Source: an uncultured Candidatus Saccharibacteria bacterium (GTDB taxonomy: Bacteria; Patescibacteriota; Minisyncoccia; 2-02-FULL-40-12). Taken from it: a DNA stretch of 64,000 nucleotides. The notes beneath the pieces were generated by a model that did not search any database, was not told the origin of the DNA, and saw only the letters and a list, made by a program, of their open reading frames with translations. Both the position numbers and the translations under genes were made by a program. Below, in pieces: positions 24,404-34,056 of the stretch (positions within the stretch are counted from its first letter, which is position 1; the number at the start of each line of letters is the position of its first letter). The stretch is taken from the NCBI GenBank assembly GCA_964368135.1, contig CAYIZI010000002.1, positions 16,241 through 80,240 of the forward strand, written 5' to 3'.

Positions 24404-25021
24404 TTATACTTTGTGGCTAAGGCGGAAAAATAAGTAGTTAGAGATTATATGGACCAATAAAAGATGCAGCGACTCTACCGGCCCATAGTGGCCCTTTGGC
24501 GAAGTTGCGGTAATTACATGAGCGCAGCAGTTTTTTGCCTCACCGCCGTCAAATCCAAGAACCCCGACAGTGTTTCCGCCTTTAGAATTAACATATTCTA
24601 TAGCTCTAATCAAGTTTGGCGAATCTCCGCTTCCTGAAAAAACAATAAGAACATCGCCGGGTTTATAAAGATTCCTCAACTGCCCGACAAAAACTTTCTC
24701 ATATCCCTCGTCATTGCCTAAAGCGCTTAGGTAAGGAACGCTGTCGCTTAAACTTAGGGTTCTAAACGGCTTGTCTTCCCCGGCCCCGGCGCAAAGAGCC
24801 AAGTCTTCGACAAAATGAGAAGCATTAGCCGCGCTTCCGCCGTTTCCCACTACAAAAATCATTGAACCGCGCTCCCTTGCTTCTAAAAGAGTGTCAACTA
24901 ACTTTTCAACTGAGCCAATGTCAATCGATTTTGTTAAATCAAAAAAATGTTCGGTATATTTTTTGAAAAACTGATTGAACGATCCGTTTGATTCTTTAAA
25001 AAATTGTTCTATCTGTTTCAT
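24404..25021 (-). CDS. SIS-domain sugar-phosphate isomerase (GmhA-like sedoheptulose-7-phosphate isomerase)
   Basis: VVGNGGSAANASHFVEDL and SGSGDSPN motifs; 205 aa, single SIS domain. Confidence 0.65.
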   Translation of the reverse strand: MKQIEQFFKESNGSFNQFFKKYTEHFFDLTKSIDIGSVEKLVDTLLEARERGSMIFVVGNGGSAANASHFVEDLALCAGAGEDKPFRTLSLSDSVPYLSALGNDEGYEKVFVGQLRNLYKPGDVLIVFSGSGDSPNLIRAIEYVNSKGGNTVGVLGFDGGEAKNCCAHVITATSPKGHYGPVESLHLLLVHIISNYLFFRLSHKV

Positions 25022-25024
25022 TAT

Positions 25025-26023
25025 TTATTGCTTCATCAAAACCACTCCTTTAATTAATTTGCCTGATTCTAAATCATTTAATCCTTCGTTTATTTGGTTG
25101 AAAGTATATTCTTTGGTAATAAGTTTAGCTAAAGGCAAAACACCGCCAAGATGCTCTTCAACAAATCCCGGCATATCTTTATCCAAAAAAGTCCCGCCGC
25201 CCCAGCTCCCTAAAATCTTTTTTCCTTTTATTAAATCAAAAGGGTCAATAGAGATTTTGGCAGCCGGAGGAAGATTGCCGGCCAAAACCACGATTCCATT
25301 GTCTTTGGCTGATTCAAAAGCTTTTTCCATTGCCTCTTTTGAACCAGAACATTCTATCACAAAATCAAATTTTCTTAAATTAATTTCAGCCGGATTAATC
25401 GCTTCTACACCCAATGCTTCCTTGGCCCATTTAAGTTTCCAGTCAACTATATCAATAGCTGTAGTTCTTGCGCCTAAGCTTTGGGTTTTAATCAAGGCAC
25501 TTGCGCCAACGCCGCCTATACCAAAAACTGCCGCCGTATCATCTTTTTTGATATTCAAATTTTTCGCAATCCCGCCGCCGGTCAAAACGGCACAACCAAG
25601 CAAAGCGGCGACAGAGGGGTTTACTTTTTTATCAATTGACACCACCCTATTTTCGGAAATAACCGCATATTCAAGAAAAGTCGCGGCTGGCCCGGCGTTA
25701 ACCAGACCTTTTTCGCTTTTATATTTTGGCGGTTCTGCCTCAATCCCCTCTCCTTTTATCCAACTAACAACCACATAATCATCATTTTTTACTTTCTTAA
25801 CACCCTCACCAATATCCAAAACTATTCCCGAAGCTTCATGGCCCATAAGATGGGGAATGTATTCTTTTCCTTTTCTGCCTTTTATTTCGTTTAACTGGCT
25901 GTGGCAAAGCCCGCTGGCTAAAATTTTAACCAAAACCTGGCCAGACTTAAGGGCTGGCACTTCCAGTTCTTCAATATAAAGAGGCCCGCCTATATTTCTT
26001 AAAACTGCAGCTTTGGTTAACAT
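25025..26023 (-). CDS. zinc-binding MDR-family alcohol/sugar dehydrogenase
   Basis: GLCHSQ...GHEASG catalytic zinc motif and a GxGxxG Rossmann segment (GIGGVGASA). Confidence 0.65.
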   Translation of the reverse strand: MLTKAAVLRNIGGPLYIEELEVPALKSGQVLVKILASGLCHSQLNEIKGRKGKEYIPHLMGHEASGIVLDIGEGVKKVKNDDYVVVSWIKGEGIEAEPPKYKSEKGLVNAGPAATFLEYAVISENRVVSIDKKVNPSVAALLGCAVLTGGGIAKNLNIKKDDTAAVFGIGGVGASALIKTQSLGARTTAIDIVDWKLKWAKEALGVEAINPAEINLRKFDFVIECSGSKEAMEKAFESAKDNGIVVLAGNLPPAAKISIDPFDLIKGKKILGSWGGGTFLDKDMPGFVEEHLGGVLPLAKLITKEYTFNQINEGLNDLESGKLIKGVVLMKQ

Positions 26024-26027
26024 TTAT

Positions 26028-26684
26028 TTAAGGAATAAACCAATAGTAATCACCGGTATAGCCGACTTCTTTAAAAAGTTTCTTCCAGCCGTCGACGCTT
26101 AAAATAGTTTGAGCCGTCAAATTCCACATCATCATTCTTTTATTTTCTTCTTTATTTCGGTAGGCATCTACGGTAATATAGGCGTGTTTTTTCTTGACTC
26201 GCTCTATTTCTTTAATCGCTTTTTTGCAGTCTTTCAAAGGCAAGTTGTGAACCGTATTGATAGAAATAACCAAGTCAAAAGAATTATCGTCAAACTGGCT
26301 TAAATCCTTGGCATTGCCGACAGAAAGAATAGGTTTAATTTTGGGCATAGAATTTTCAACGGCGTATTTAGAAATGTCTATGCCCCTTATGGTAATAAAA
26401 GGAAGCCAGTATAAAAAGTCGTTAAGCATAAAACCTTTGGCCGAACCAACATCCAAAACACTGCTTTCATTTGTTAAGCCGTAGTAATTTATGAAATCCC
26501 TGACTACTGACGCCCAGCGGCCGTCATATCTATAACCTCCGTAGCCGCGCGCACGAGATCCATCAAAAAACTCTTTTCCGAACTGTCTGGCAATTTTAAT
26601 ATCTTCTTTGGTCTTTTCGGTACCTCTTGCCTCAACGTTTCTTTTCGGTTTCGGATATTTAGTTAAAAGATCTAATTCAGGCAT
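26028..26684 (-). CDS. class I SAM-dependent methyltransferase
   Basis: VLDVGSAKGFMLND motif I. Confidence 0.55.
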   Translation of the reverse strand: MPELDLLTKYPKPKRNVEARGTEKTKEDIKIARQFGKEFFDGSRARGYGGYRYDGRWASVVRDFINYYGLTNESSVLDVGSAKGFMLNDFLYWLPFITIRGIDISKYAVENSMPKIKPILSVGNAKDLSQFDDNSFDLVISINTVHNLPLKDCKKAIKEIERVKKKHAYITVDAYRNKEENKRMMMWNLTAQTILSVDGWKKLFKEVGYTGDYYWFIP

Positions 26685-26686
26685 AA

Positions 26687-27190
26687 TTAAACTGTATAAA
26701 CTTTTCCTTCCTTTATTGATTTTATAATATCCCTGCTGGCAAATTTTTTATCCTTGGTATACCTAATTAAACAACCGGCTTTAATTGCATCTCTTTTCTC
26801 ATTTAAAAAACTTCCTGATTTTGAATTTATATAGTCAGGCCCTCTGATGTAATATTTTGGTTTTATTAAATTGATAATCTTTGATACATTACTCTGTTTA
26901 TTATGTCTATTAAATATGGCAAAATCAACGGAACTTAACTGACTGACCATATACGCTCTTAAATCTTCATTAAAAATTGGCCGACCCGGGCCTTTTTGTT
27001 TTCTTACTGATTTATCATCAGCCACAGCTACGACTAAAACATCGCAAAGCTTTTTGGCTGATTCAAAATGCATAACATGGCCTGGGTGCAAAAGATCGTA
27101 GTTACCATTGCAAAACCCGATTCTTTTACCTTGTTTTCTGTAATTTTCTATTATCTTGGCTAATTTACTGATTGAAACTACTTTTCCCAT
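26687..27190 (-). CDS. cytidylyltransferase-like nucleotidyltransferase (HldE domain II / heptose-1-phosphate adenylyltransferase-like)
   Basis: GFCNGNYDLLHPGH: the (H/T)xGH nucleotidyltransferase motif. The start is chosen at the internal ATG (MGKVV...) to avoid a 56-nt overlap with the next gene; the track ORF runs to 27259. Confidence 0.6.
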   Translation of the reverse strand: MGKVVSISKLAKIIENYRKQGKRIGFCNGNYDLLHPGHVMHFESAKKLCDVLVVAVADDKSVRKQKGPGRPIFNEDLRAYMVSQLSSVDFAIFNRHNKQSNVSKIINLIKPKYYIRGPDYINSKSGSFLNEKRDAIKAGCLIRYTKDKKFASRDIIKSIKEGKVYTV

Positions 27191-27203
27191 ATTAAAATTT
27201 AAA

Positions 27204-28208
27204 TCATTTTTTATGGATATATTTAATGGGATGTTTCTGAATTTCGCTCCAAGAATCATTTATCCATTTTATTACTTCATCAACGCCTTTTTCTAATTTT
27301 ACTTTTGGCTTCCAATTGAGCCGCTTGGCAGTATTAACAAAATTTAACTTATAAGTGGCATCTTGGGCTGGTCGGCCAGCGCTTATTTCAACTGAATCAT
27401 TAAAATTTACTCCCATCTTCCGACAAACGAGCGATACTAAATCTTTTATCATTATATTTTTCTCGCTGGAAAAGTGATAAACTTCTCCGGGCTGGCCTTT
27501 TGAAATAATTTTATGGATGCCTCTAATAACGTCCTCAATATGAATAAAGCTCCGGCTAATCAATCCTCCTTGATGTAAAGGAATTTTCTGGCCCTTTTTT
27601 ATTAAAACAATTGATTTCGGGATTATTTTAAAAAGCTGCTGGTGCGGTCCATAAACATTAGCCGACCGGACAAAAGAAACCGGAAAATTAAATTTCTTAA
27701 AAAGGGTAATTAAAAACAAATCGCCAGCCCCTTTTGAAGCGGCGTAAGGAGTCGAGGGATTAAAGTAGTTAGGATTTTCGTCTCCTTTGTACGAACCATA
27801 TACTTCAGGAGTTGAAATTTGAATGTATTTTTTCAAATAACTTCTGTCTTTCAAACGATTGGTTAAATTCACGATGGCCAGAGTGTTTGTTCGGAACCAA
27901 TCTTCAGACCTTTGCCAGCTTACTTCCACAATGCTTTGGGCAGCAAAGTTTATTATAACCTCTGGTTTCTCTTTATCAAAAATTTTTATGATCTTATCTA
28001 AGTCTTTATTCAAATCAAGCTGATAAAAACTGAATCTTGAAGCTTGTGGCCTTTGCTTTTTGTAAAGATACGGTAAAAAAACCGCTGACTTCTCTGGCGA
28101 ACGGCTTAAACCAAGAACTTTAAAATCTGTGTTCTTTAGAAAATAGTCAACGCAGTGGCTCCCAGAAAATGAATTACTCCCAATAATAGCAATTTTCTTT
28201 ACTCTCAT
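27204..28208 (-). CDS. NAD-dependent epimerase/dehydratase (extended SDR) family
   Basis: GxxGxxG-like N-terminus (IIGSNSFSGSH) and the YxxxK catalytic motif. Confidence 0.6.
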   Translation of the reverse strand: MRVKKIAIIGSNSFSGSHCVDYFLKNTDFKVLGLSRSPEKSAVFLPYLYKKQRPQASRFSFYQLDLNKDLDKIIKIFDKEKPEVIINFAAQSIVEVSWQRSEDWFRTNTLAIVNLTNRLKDRSYLKKYIQISTPEVYGSYKGDENPNYFNPSTPYAASKGAGDLFLITLFKKFNFPVSFVRSANVYGPHQQLFKIIPKSIVLIKKGQKIPLHQGGLISRSFIHIEDVIRGIHKIISKGQPGEVYHFSSEKNIMIKDLVSLVCRKMGVNFNDSVEISAGRPAQDATYKLNFVNTAKRLNWKPKVKLEKGVDEVIKWINDSWSEIQKHPIKYIHKK

Positions 28209-28220
28209 AAATTTTATAAG

Positions 28221-29306
28221 TTAAAAAGGGCCTTTAAAATCTTTATCTGGCACATCAAGCGGTGTGATTCTATTTTTTTCTTCCTCTTTAATCAAAACTT
28301 CTAACTTTTTCCTGTTTCCGCCGACCATCTTAACAACTTTTCTGGCAATATCTATATACCTTGGATAATAATACTTTGCTAAGGCCGGCGTTGAGGGAGT
28401 CGGCAAATCAGGAGAAGTGATTCTTTGAGGATTGGTTAAAAGTTTAACCTTTTGATTTTCAGAAACAGCCGCAATAATCTCTGCGGCGGCGCCAAAACTT
28501 TTATAGCCAAGGTCAGCAACCAGTAACCTTTTTGTTTTAGATACAGAATCAAAAATAGTTTGTTCGTCTAATGGTTTTAGAGTTCTTACATCTATAATTT
28601 CCGGATTTATTCCCATTTTCTTTAATAAATTTGCGGCTTTAATGGATTCAATCGTCATATGGGAAGTTGAAACGATAGTGATCGCCTCCCCTTTTTTAAC
28701 GATGCTGGCTTTGCCAATAGGAACTTTATAATAACCGCTTGGAACTTGCCCAAAAGTATCATGAAGCCAGCGATGGTCAATATAAATAACTGGGTTATTG
28801 TCTTCAATCGCCGAAACCATTAAACCTTTGGCATCAGCCGGGGTTGACGGCATCACTACTTTCAAACCCGGAATATGGGCATAAACTGCCTGGAGGTTTT
28901 GAGAATGTTGAGCCCCCTGTCCCCAACCCATACCAATAGTCACCTTAATGACCAAAGGAACTGACTGCCTGCCGCCAAACATATAATGCCACTTAGCCGC
29001 ATTATTAATTACTTGTTCTAACGCAAGTAAGCTAAAATCAACTCTTTGATGAGTCAAAACGGGCCGCATCCCGCTAATCGCCGCTCCAATACAGACGCCG
29101 GTTATGCCATTTTCAGAAACCGGCATATCCATTACTCTATTTCCCCCATATTTTTTTTGAAGCCCCACTGTAGCACCAAAAATCCCTTTCGGATCAGGAA
29201 CACCTAAACCTATCACAAAAACCGATCTATCTTTTTTTAAAGATAGATCTAATGCCTCATTAATGGCTTGAACATAGGTTATATTATGCGCCGTAGAGCC
29301 CTTCAT
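28221..29306 (-). CDS. TPP-dependent 2-oxoacid dehydrogenase E1 beta subunit / transketolase C-terminal-like
   Basis: Transketolase pyrimidine-binding and C-terminal domains (MDMPVSENGITGVCIGAAISGMRP). The start is moved to the internal ATG (MKGST...). Confidence 0.6.
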   Translation of the reverse strand: MKGSTAHNITYVQAINEALDLSLKKDRSVFVIGLGVPDPKGIFGATVGLQKKYGGNRVMDMPVSENGITGVCIGAAISGMRPVLTHQRVDFSLLALEQVINNAAKWHYMFGGRQSVPLVIKVTIGMGWGQGAQHSQNLQAVYAHIPGLKVVMPSTPADAKGLMVSAIEDNNPVIYIDHRWLHDTFGQVPSGYYKVPIGKASIVKKGEAITIVSTSHMTIESIKAANLLKKMGINPEIIDVRTLKPLDEQTIFDSVSKTKRLLVADLGYKSFGAAAEIIAAVSENQKVKLLTNPQRITSPDLPTPSTPALAKYYYPRYIDIARKVVKMVGGNRKKLEVLIKEEEKNRITPLDVPDKDFKGPF

Positions 29307-30249
29307 ATAAATATTCCTTTGGTGGGAATTTGCTTTTTTTAGCAAAATCAAACGCCTCTTTTATCTTTTCTTCTACATCTTTTTTGATTTTATCCAACTC
29401 CTTTTGAGAAACTATCTTATTTTTAAGAAGGTGACCCTCAAAATGCCTAACCGGATCTTTTTTCTTCCATGCCTCCACTTCTTTCTTATCCCTATATCCT
29501 AAATGATCATCATAAAACGGACCGCAATGTTCACGCCACCGATAAGTTAAAAACTCCAAAAATACCGGGCCTTCCCCTTTTCTTATTTTCTTAACCGCCT
29601 CGGAAACAGTTTTATAAATATCTAAAACATTATTGCCGTCGTGCTGGGAAGCGGTTATGCCATGCCCTTCAACTAATTTATAAATGGGGCGATTTGGCTG
29701 TCTTTCTGATAAAGGGGTGTAAACCGAGAAAAAATTATTTTCGCAGACAAATAAAATCGGCAATTTTTTAAAAGCGGCGAAGTTTAAACTTTCATGAAAA
29801 ACTCCTTCTTCAGCCGTTCCATCGCCTATAAAAGCAACTGTAATTTTATTTTTACCTTTTAATTTATTAGCAAAAGCGGCGCCAACGGCGATGGGCATAC
29901 TATTTCCGACAATTGGAGTAGCTCCGCCAAAACCAGCCTCAAGATCAATTAAATGCTGGGAACCGCCTTTCCCTTTGGAACAACCTGTCTCTTTTCCGTA
30001 AATTTCGGCAATCATTTTATCTAAGTCTCCTCCTTTAGCCAGATAATGAGCATGGCAACGGTGAGTGCTGTAAACAATGTCATCTTTTTTTAAATTTTCG
30101 CAAACCCCGACTGCCACAGCTTCCTGACCAATAGATAAATGAACCGGACACCGCATTTCCTGATCCGGATATCTTTTAGCAATCTCTTCGTCAGTCAACC
30201 TGATTAAGAGAAGTTTTTGGTATAAAGATAAAAGTAGTTTTAAAGACAT
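29284..30249 (-). CDS. TPP-dependent dehydrogenase E1 alpha subunit-like
   Basis: E1-alpha signatures: CPVHLSIGQEAVAVG and the TPP-binding GDGTAEEG...N motif. Confidence 0.6.
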   Translation of the reverse strand: MSLKLLLSLYQKLLLIRLTDEEIAKRYPDQEMRCPVHLSIGQEAVAVGVCENLKKDDIVYSTHRCHAHYLAKGGDLDKMIAEIYGKETGCSKGKGGSQHLIDLEAGFGGATPIVGNSMPIAVGAAFANKLKGKNKITVAFIGDGTAEEGVFHESLNFAAFKKLPILFVCENNFFSVYTPLSERQPNRPIYKLVEGHGITASQHDGNNVLDIYKTVSEAVKKIRKGEGPVFLEFLTYRWREHCGPFYDDHLGYRDKKEVEAWKKKDPVRHFEGHLLKNKIVSQKELDKIKKDVEEKIKEAFDFAKKSKFPPKEYLYEGLYGA

Positions 30250-30253
30250 AAAA

Positions 30254-32056
30254 TTAATTTGAAGAAATATCTAACGGCTTTACTATCATATTTTCTAAAA
30301 ATTCTTTTCTTTCCAAGAATGGCTCCGGGTCTTCATTTGGCCGTCCAAACTTAACTTGAGGGACGACCCGATGTTCCGGCTTGATTTCAACATTGCAAAA
30401 AACCGGACCCCTACTCTTGAAAACATCCCTTATTTTATCACTCAATTCACTATTTTTGGCAATATTTACGGTTTTAAAACCATAGGCCTTAGCCACCCTT
30501 AAAAAGTCGGGAAAGGCGAGCCCTCCTTTAATTGAAGAGGCAAAGTACTTTGAGCCCAACCACTGGTCTTGAGTTTGCTGAATCATGCTGTGGCCATGGT
30601 TATTAATCAAAAATATCTTAATCGGCAACTTATGCCTTATTACCGTGGCCAACTCCTGAATATTCATCTGTAAAGCTCCGTCGCCAGTTACGCAAATAAT
30701 CGGTCTTTTATTTAAGGCAAAACTTGCTCCAATCGCCGCCGGCAAGGCCCAACCCATAGCTGTATTGTTCCAGTCATGATAAAGCCGCTGATTCTTTTTA
30801 AATTCAAACCCTTGCATCATCCAAGCCACGGTGCAGCCAGTATCAATAACAATAGCCTCGCCTTCCCGGCACTCGTTTGAAAGTTCTTTAACAAATACAT
30901 ATGGATTCACCTCTTTTTGTTTTTGGTATTCGGACAAGCACACAGGATATTTATTTTTCCAAAAAATAATCTGCTTAAACCACTCAGAAATATTTTGTTT
31001 TTCAATGTGAAAAATTTTACTATTCATCATTTTCAAAAAATCTTTAGCATCTGCTTTAATAATTAAATCAACATTCAGCCCAAATTTCTTAAACTTACCA
31101 AGCTCGTAAGGGTCAATATCGATAAATACTTTTTTGGCCTCTCTGGCAAAAGTATTAGGAGGACTGCCGGTGGCTTTGGTATCCAACCTCGTACCAATAG
31201 TTAAAACCAAATCAGAATTTTGAACGGCAAAATTAGCATAGCGAGTACCGTGAGTGCCAAATGTGCCGACTAACAAGGGGTGATTGGCTGACAATAAATC
31301 AGCTATACCCCAAGTGGGCACTACCGGGAAACCTAATTTATTTATAAATTCTTCCGCTTCCTTGTCTGCTTTTGCCAAACGAATCCCCCACCCCAAAACC
31401 ACAACTGGCCTTTTGGCTGTTTTGATAAATTCAAGACATTGTTGGATCTGGCTACCTAATTTATTCGAAGTTTTAGTTTCAGATTTTGACGGGCTAAAAG
31501 ATTTCAACTTAACAGGATTGATTTCTTCTCTTTGAATATTGTCAGGTATATCAATTAATACTGGGCCGGGCCGGCCGGACTTGGCAATATAGCAGGCTTT
31601 TTCCAACTCATAACGTATTTTGGATGGCTCATCTATCAAAACCGCATATTTAGTTATTGGTTTATAAATATCCAAAGTATCTGTCTCTTGAAAACCAATC
31701 TGCCTCACTCCGGTATTGCCTTTCATCCTGAATGTGGCGACCTGGCCGGTAATGAAAATCACCGGCACCGAATCATAATAAGCCGAGCAGACACCGGTCA
31801 TCATATTGGTTGCCCCTGGTCCGCTGGTTGAAACTGCCGCACCCAAATTTCCGGTTGCCCTGGAATAACCATCAGCCGCCATTGCTCCGGCCTGTTCATG
31901 CTGGGGACAAACAAAGTCTATACCCGGAGTGTCGGCAATAGCGTGAATCAAATGCAAAGACGCACCTCCAGATACCGCAAAAACGTATTTGATTCCTTGC
32001 TTCTTCAAAAATTGAGCGACATAATTAGAAAGTTTCATATATTTTAAATATGCCAA
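30254..32056 (-). CDS. thiamine-pyrophosphate enzyme of the acetolactate synthase large-subunit (IlvB/YerE-like) family
   Basis: TPP N-terminal pyrimidine domain (FAVSGGASLHLIHAI...GPGATN), a central domain, and a C-terminal TPP-binding GDGALQMNIQEL...NN motif; 600 aa. Confidence 0.65.
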   Translation of the reverse strand: MAYLKYMKLSNYVAQFLKKQGIKYVFAVSGGASLHLIHAIADTPGIDFVCPQHEQAGAMAADGYSRATGNLGAAVSTSGPGATNMMTGVCSAYYDSVPVIFITGQVATFRMKGNTGVRQIGFQETDTLDIYKPITKYAVLIDEPSKIRYELEKACYIAKSGRPGPVLIDIPDNIQREEINPVKLKSFSPSKSETKTSNKLGSQIQQCLEFIKTAKRPVVVLGWGIRLAKADKEAEEFINKLGFPVVPTWGIADLLSANHPLLVGTFGTHGTRYANFAVQNSDLVLTIGTRLDTKATGSPPNTFAREAKKVFIDIDPYELGKFKKFGLNVDLIIKADAKDFLKMMNSKIFHIEKQNISEWFKQIIFWKNKYPVCLSEYQKQKEVNPYVFVKELSNECREGEAIVIDTGCTVAWMMQGFEFKKNQRLYHDWNNTAMGWALPAAIGASFALNKRPIICVTGDGALQMNIQELATVIRHKLPIKIFLINNHGHSMIQQTQDQWLGSKYFASSIKGGLAFPDFLRVAKAYGFKTVNIAKNSELSDKIRDVFKSRGPVFCNVEIKPEHRVVPQVKFGRPNEDPEPFLERKEFLENMIVKPLDISSN

Positions 32057-32244
32057 GGCATTTTATCTTTAAGAGTTATAAAAAGTGAACCGTCGCGATA
32101 GCTTGTCGGCATCTGTTCAAGTTTCTCAACTATTTGCCAATTAATTTTTTGGGCAAAAAGATTAACGCCAATTTTTTTAAAATGACTAAAAATATATTTG
32201 GCATTTGTCTCATTGCCCACCTCCGTAATAGCATCAGTAGTCAA
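32044..32244 (-). CDS. small hypothetical ORF (66 aa) filling the gap between the ALS-like and SDR genes
   Basis: ORF only. It overlaps both neighbours by a few nt. No motif; may be spurious. Confidence 0.2.
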   Translation of the reverse strand: MTTDAITEVGNETNAKYIFSHFKKIGVNLFAQKINWQIVEKLEQMPTSYRDGSLFITLKDKMPWHI

Positions 32245-33059
32245 CTATTTATACTCCCGAACTTTCTTAATTTAAATAGATGCCGATCTTCAGCTAATTT
32301 TCTTTCAAGTTCTTTATCGCCCCAGTCATCATGAATAACACTGATATTGCGTCCGCTCACAATTTTTTTAGGCGCATTAACTGCCCAATCGCAGCAATCA
32401 AGAACGCGCTCCATCGGGGTAAAGTCATCGGTTTTAAATTTTTCAAGAGTCCGCTGATAACTTTCTCCGGCTTTTAAACCGGCTTCAATTATCTGATTGT
32501 GAATTTTTGTCTTGACCCAGCCAGGGCCAACGGTAACGAAACGGGTATCCGGAATTTCGGCATCCAAAAGTTCGCACATTTTAACGGTCGCTATTTTAGA
32601 AATCGTATAAGCCGAGGAGTTCACCGGCGCGTTATTAATTCCGCCTGCTGAAAAAAATAAAACGCAGGGCTCCAAATTAGACTTAATTCTTCTTGTCGGG
32701 AGCAACTCATGGACTAACTGCATCTGGCCAGTAAAATTTGTTTTAAACGAATTGTCCCAATCATCAAAGTTAGAGTCATTAAAAGAACCAACTGGTTTTA
32801 ATAAACCAACGGATATAACTAAAATATCCCACGCTTGGCAAATTTTTTTAAACTCGCCGGCTGCTTTGTGAACCGACGAAGAATCTGAAACATCGCAGTG
32901 TATAAGACTGACATCATCTTTTTTTAATTCTTTAACCTCTGGAGATAATGTTTTATAAGTCCCGAATATCTTCCAGCCGCGCCTTAACCACCTATCAGCT
33001 ATAGCTAAACCAATATCGCTTGAAATACCAATTATAATTACCGATTTATTCTTTTCCAT
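32241..33059 (-). CDS. short-chain dehydrogenase/reductase (SDR) family oxidoreductase
   Basis: SDR glycine-rich N-terminus IIGISSDIGLAIA and catalytic YTISK. Confidence 0.6.
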   Translation of the reverse strand: MEKNKSVIIIGISSDIGLAIADRWLRRGWKIFGTYKTLSPEVKELKKDDVSLIHCDVSDSSSVHKAAGEFKKICQAWDILVISVGLLKPVGSFNDSNFDDWDNSFKTNFTGQMQLVHELLPTRRIKSNLEPCVLFFSAGGINNAPVNSSAYTISKIATVKMCELLDAEIPDTRFVTVGPGWVKTKIHNQIIEAGLKAGESYQRTLEKFKTDDFTPMERVLDCCDWAVNAPKKIVSGRNISVIHDDWGDKELERKLAEDRHLFKLRKFGSINS

Positions 33060-33060
33060 T

Positions 33061-34053
33061 TTAAATCAAATTTATTGATTTCATTAATTTGACATTATGA
33101 TAAATCGGGTTATTTATGCCGTATTTAATCAAGCCTTTTTCAAAAGCTTTGGCGATATTCAAAACCGCATCTTCAATCTTGAATTTTGGAATAAAACCTA
33201 ATTCTTCTTTAATTTTCTCCGAATTAAGATGATAAGACCTTTCATCGTGAGTATTCACTTTTTCTATATTAATATCTTTTTCTATATTATTTTCTTTTAA
33301 AATCTGGGCTATCAATTTAGCCGTATCTTCCACATTCATATTTAAAAAACCAGCGTTAAATACTTTTTCATTTACTTTTTGTTCCGGCGCTTCAAGTAAA
33401 AGTTTATAAACTCTAATCATATCTTCAATATTAATTTGGGGCCTTAACTGGGTTCCGCCAAAAACCAAAATTTTTTTATTGACTAAAGCATGAATTGTTA
33501 GGGTATTTACAAGCAAATCCAAGCGCATTCGGGAAGCATAACCGCAAACACTGCCCGGCCGCACGATTACATAGTTTTTTAAATTAGATTTTCTTAAAAC
33601 ATTCTCGCAGTATAATTTATACTTGCCATAGTCTGTAATGGGTTTGCCTCTGACATTTTCAGTTACCTCCCCGTCTTGAACTCCATATATGCTGGCCGAA
33701 CTGGCAAATACCAGCCTTTTAATTTTGTTTCTTTTAACGGTTTCAAGAACATTGAAAAAAGCGTCGTAATTTATTGATTTGCCAAGCTCCGGATTCAGCT
33801 CAAAGCTCGGGTCATTGGAAATACAGGCCAAATGAATAAGATAATCAATTCCTCGCCCGGCTTTTATCAGTTTTTCCCTATCTCTTATATCCCCTTTTAT
33901 CTCTATTAAATTTTTATTCTTTATTTCCCTAAAGACATCGCCATATAAATATAAATCATAAACTGCCACTTTATAGCCGTCCTTAAGCAAGCTTGGCACC
34001 AAAGCTGAACCAACATAACCCGCCCCGCCGGTGATTAAAATTGTTTTATTCAT
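33061..34053 (-). CDS. NAD-dependent nucleotide-sugar epimerase/dehydratase
   Basis: TGGAGYVGS Rossmann motif and YxxxK (YGKYK). Confidence 0.7.
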   Translation of the reverse strand: MNKTILITGGAGYVGSALVPSLLKDGYKVAVYDLYLYGDVFREIKNKNLIEIKGDIRDREKLIKAGRGIDYLIHLACISNDPSFELNPELGKSINYDAFFNVLETVKRNKIKRLVFASSASIYGVQDGEVTENVRGKPITDYGKYKLYCENVLRKSNLKNYVIVRPGSVCGYASRMRLDLLVNTLTIHALVNKKILVFGGTQLRPQINIEDMIRVYKLLLEAPEQKVNEKVFNAGFLNMNVEDTAKLIAQILKENNIEKDINIEKVNTHDERSYHLNSEKIKEELGFIPKFKIEDAVLNIAKAFEKGLIKYGINNPIYHNVKLMKSINLI

Positions 34054-34056
34054 AAA

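Noticed and set aside
32134-32334. 66-aa plus-strand ORF overlapping the SDR gene 3' end
   Set aside because: It is antisense to a well-supported SDR gene and has no start context.
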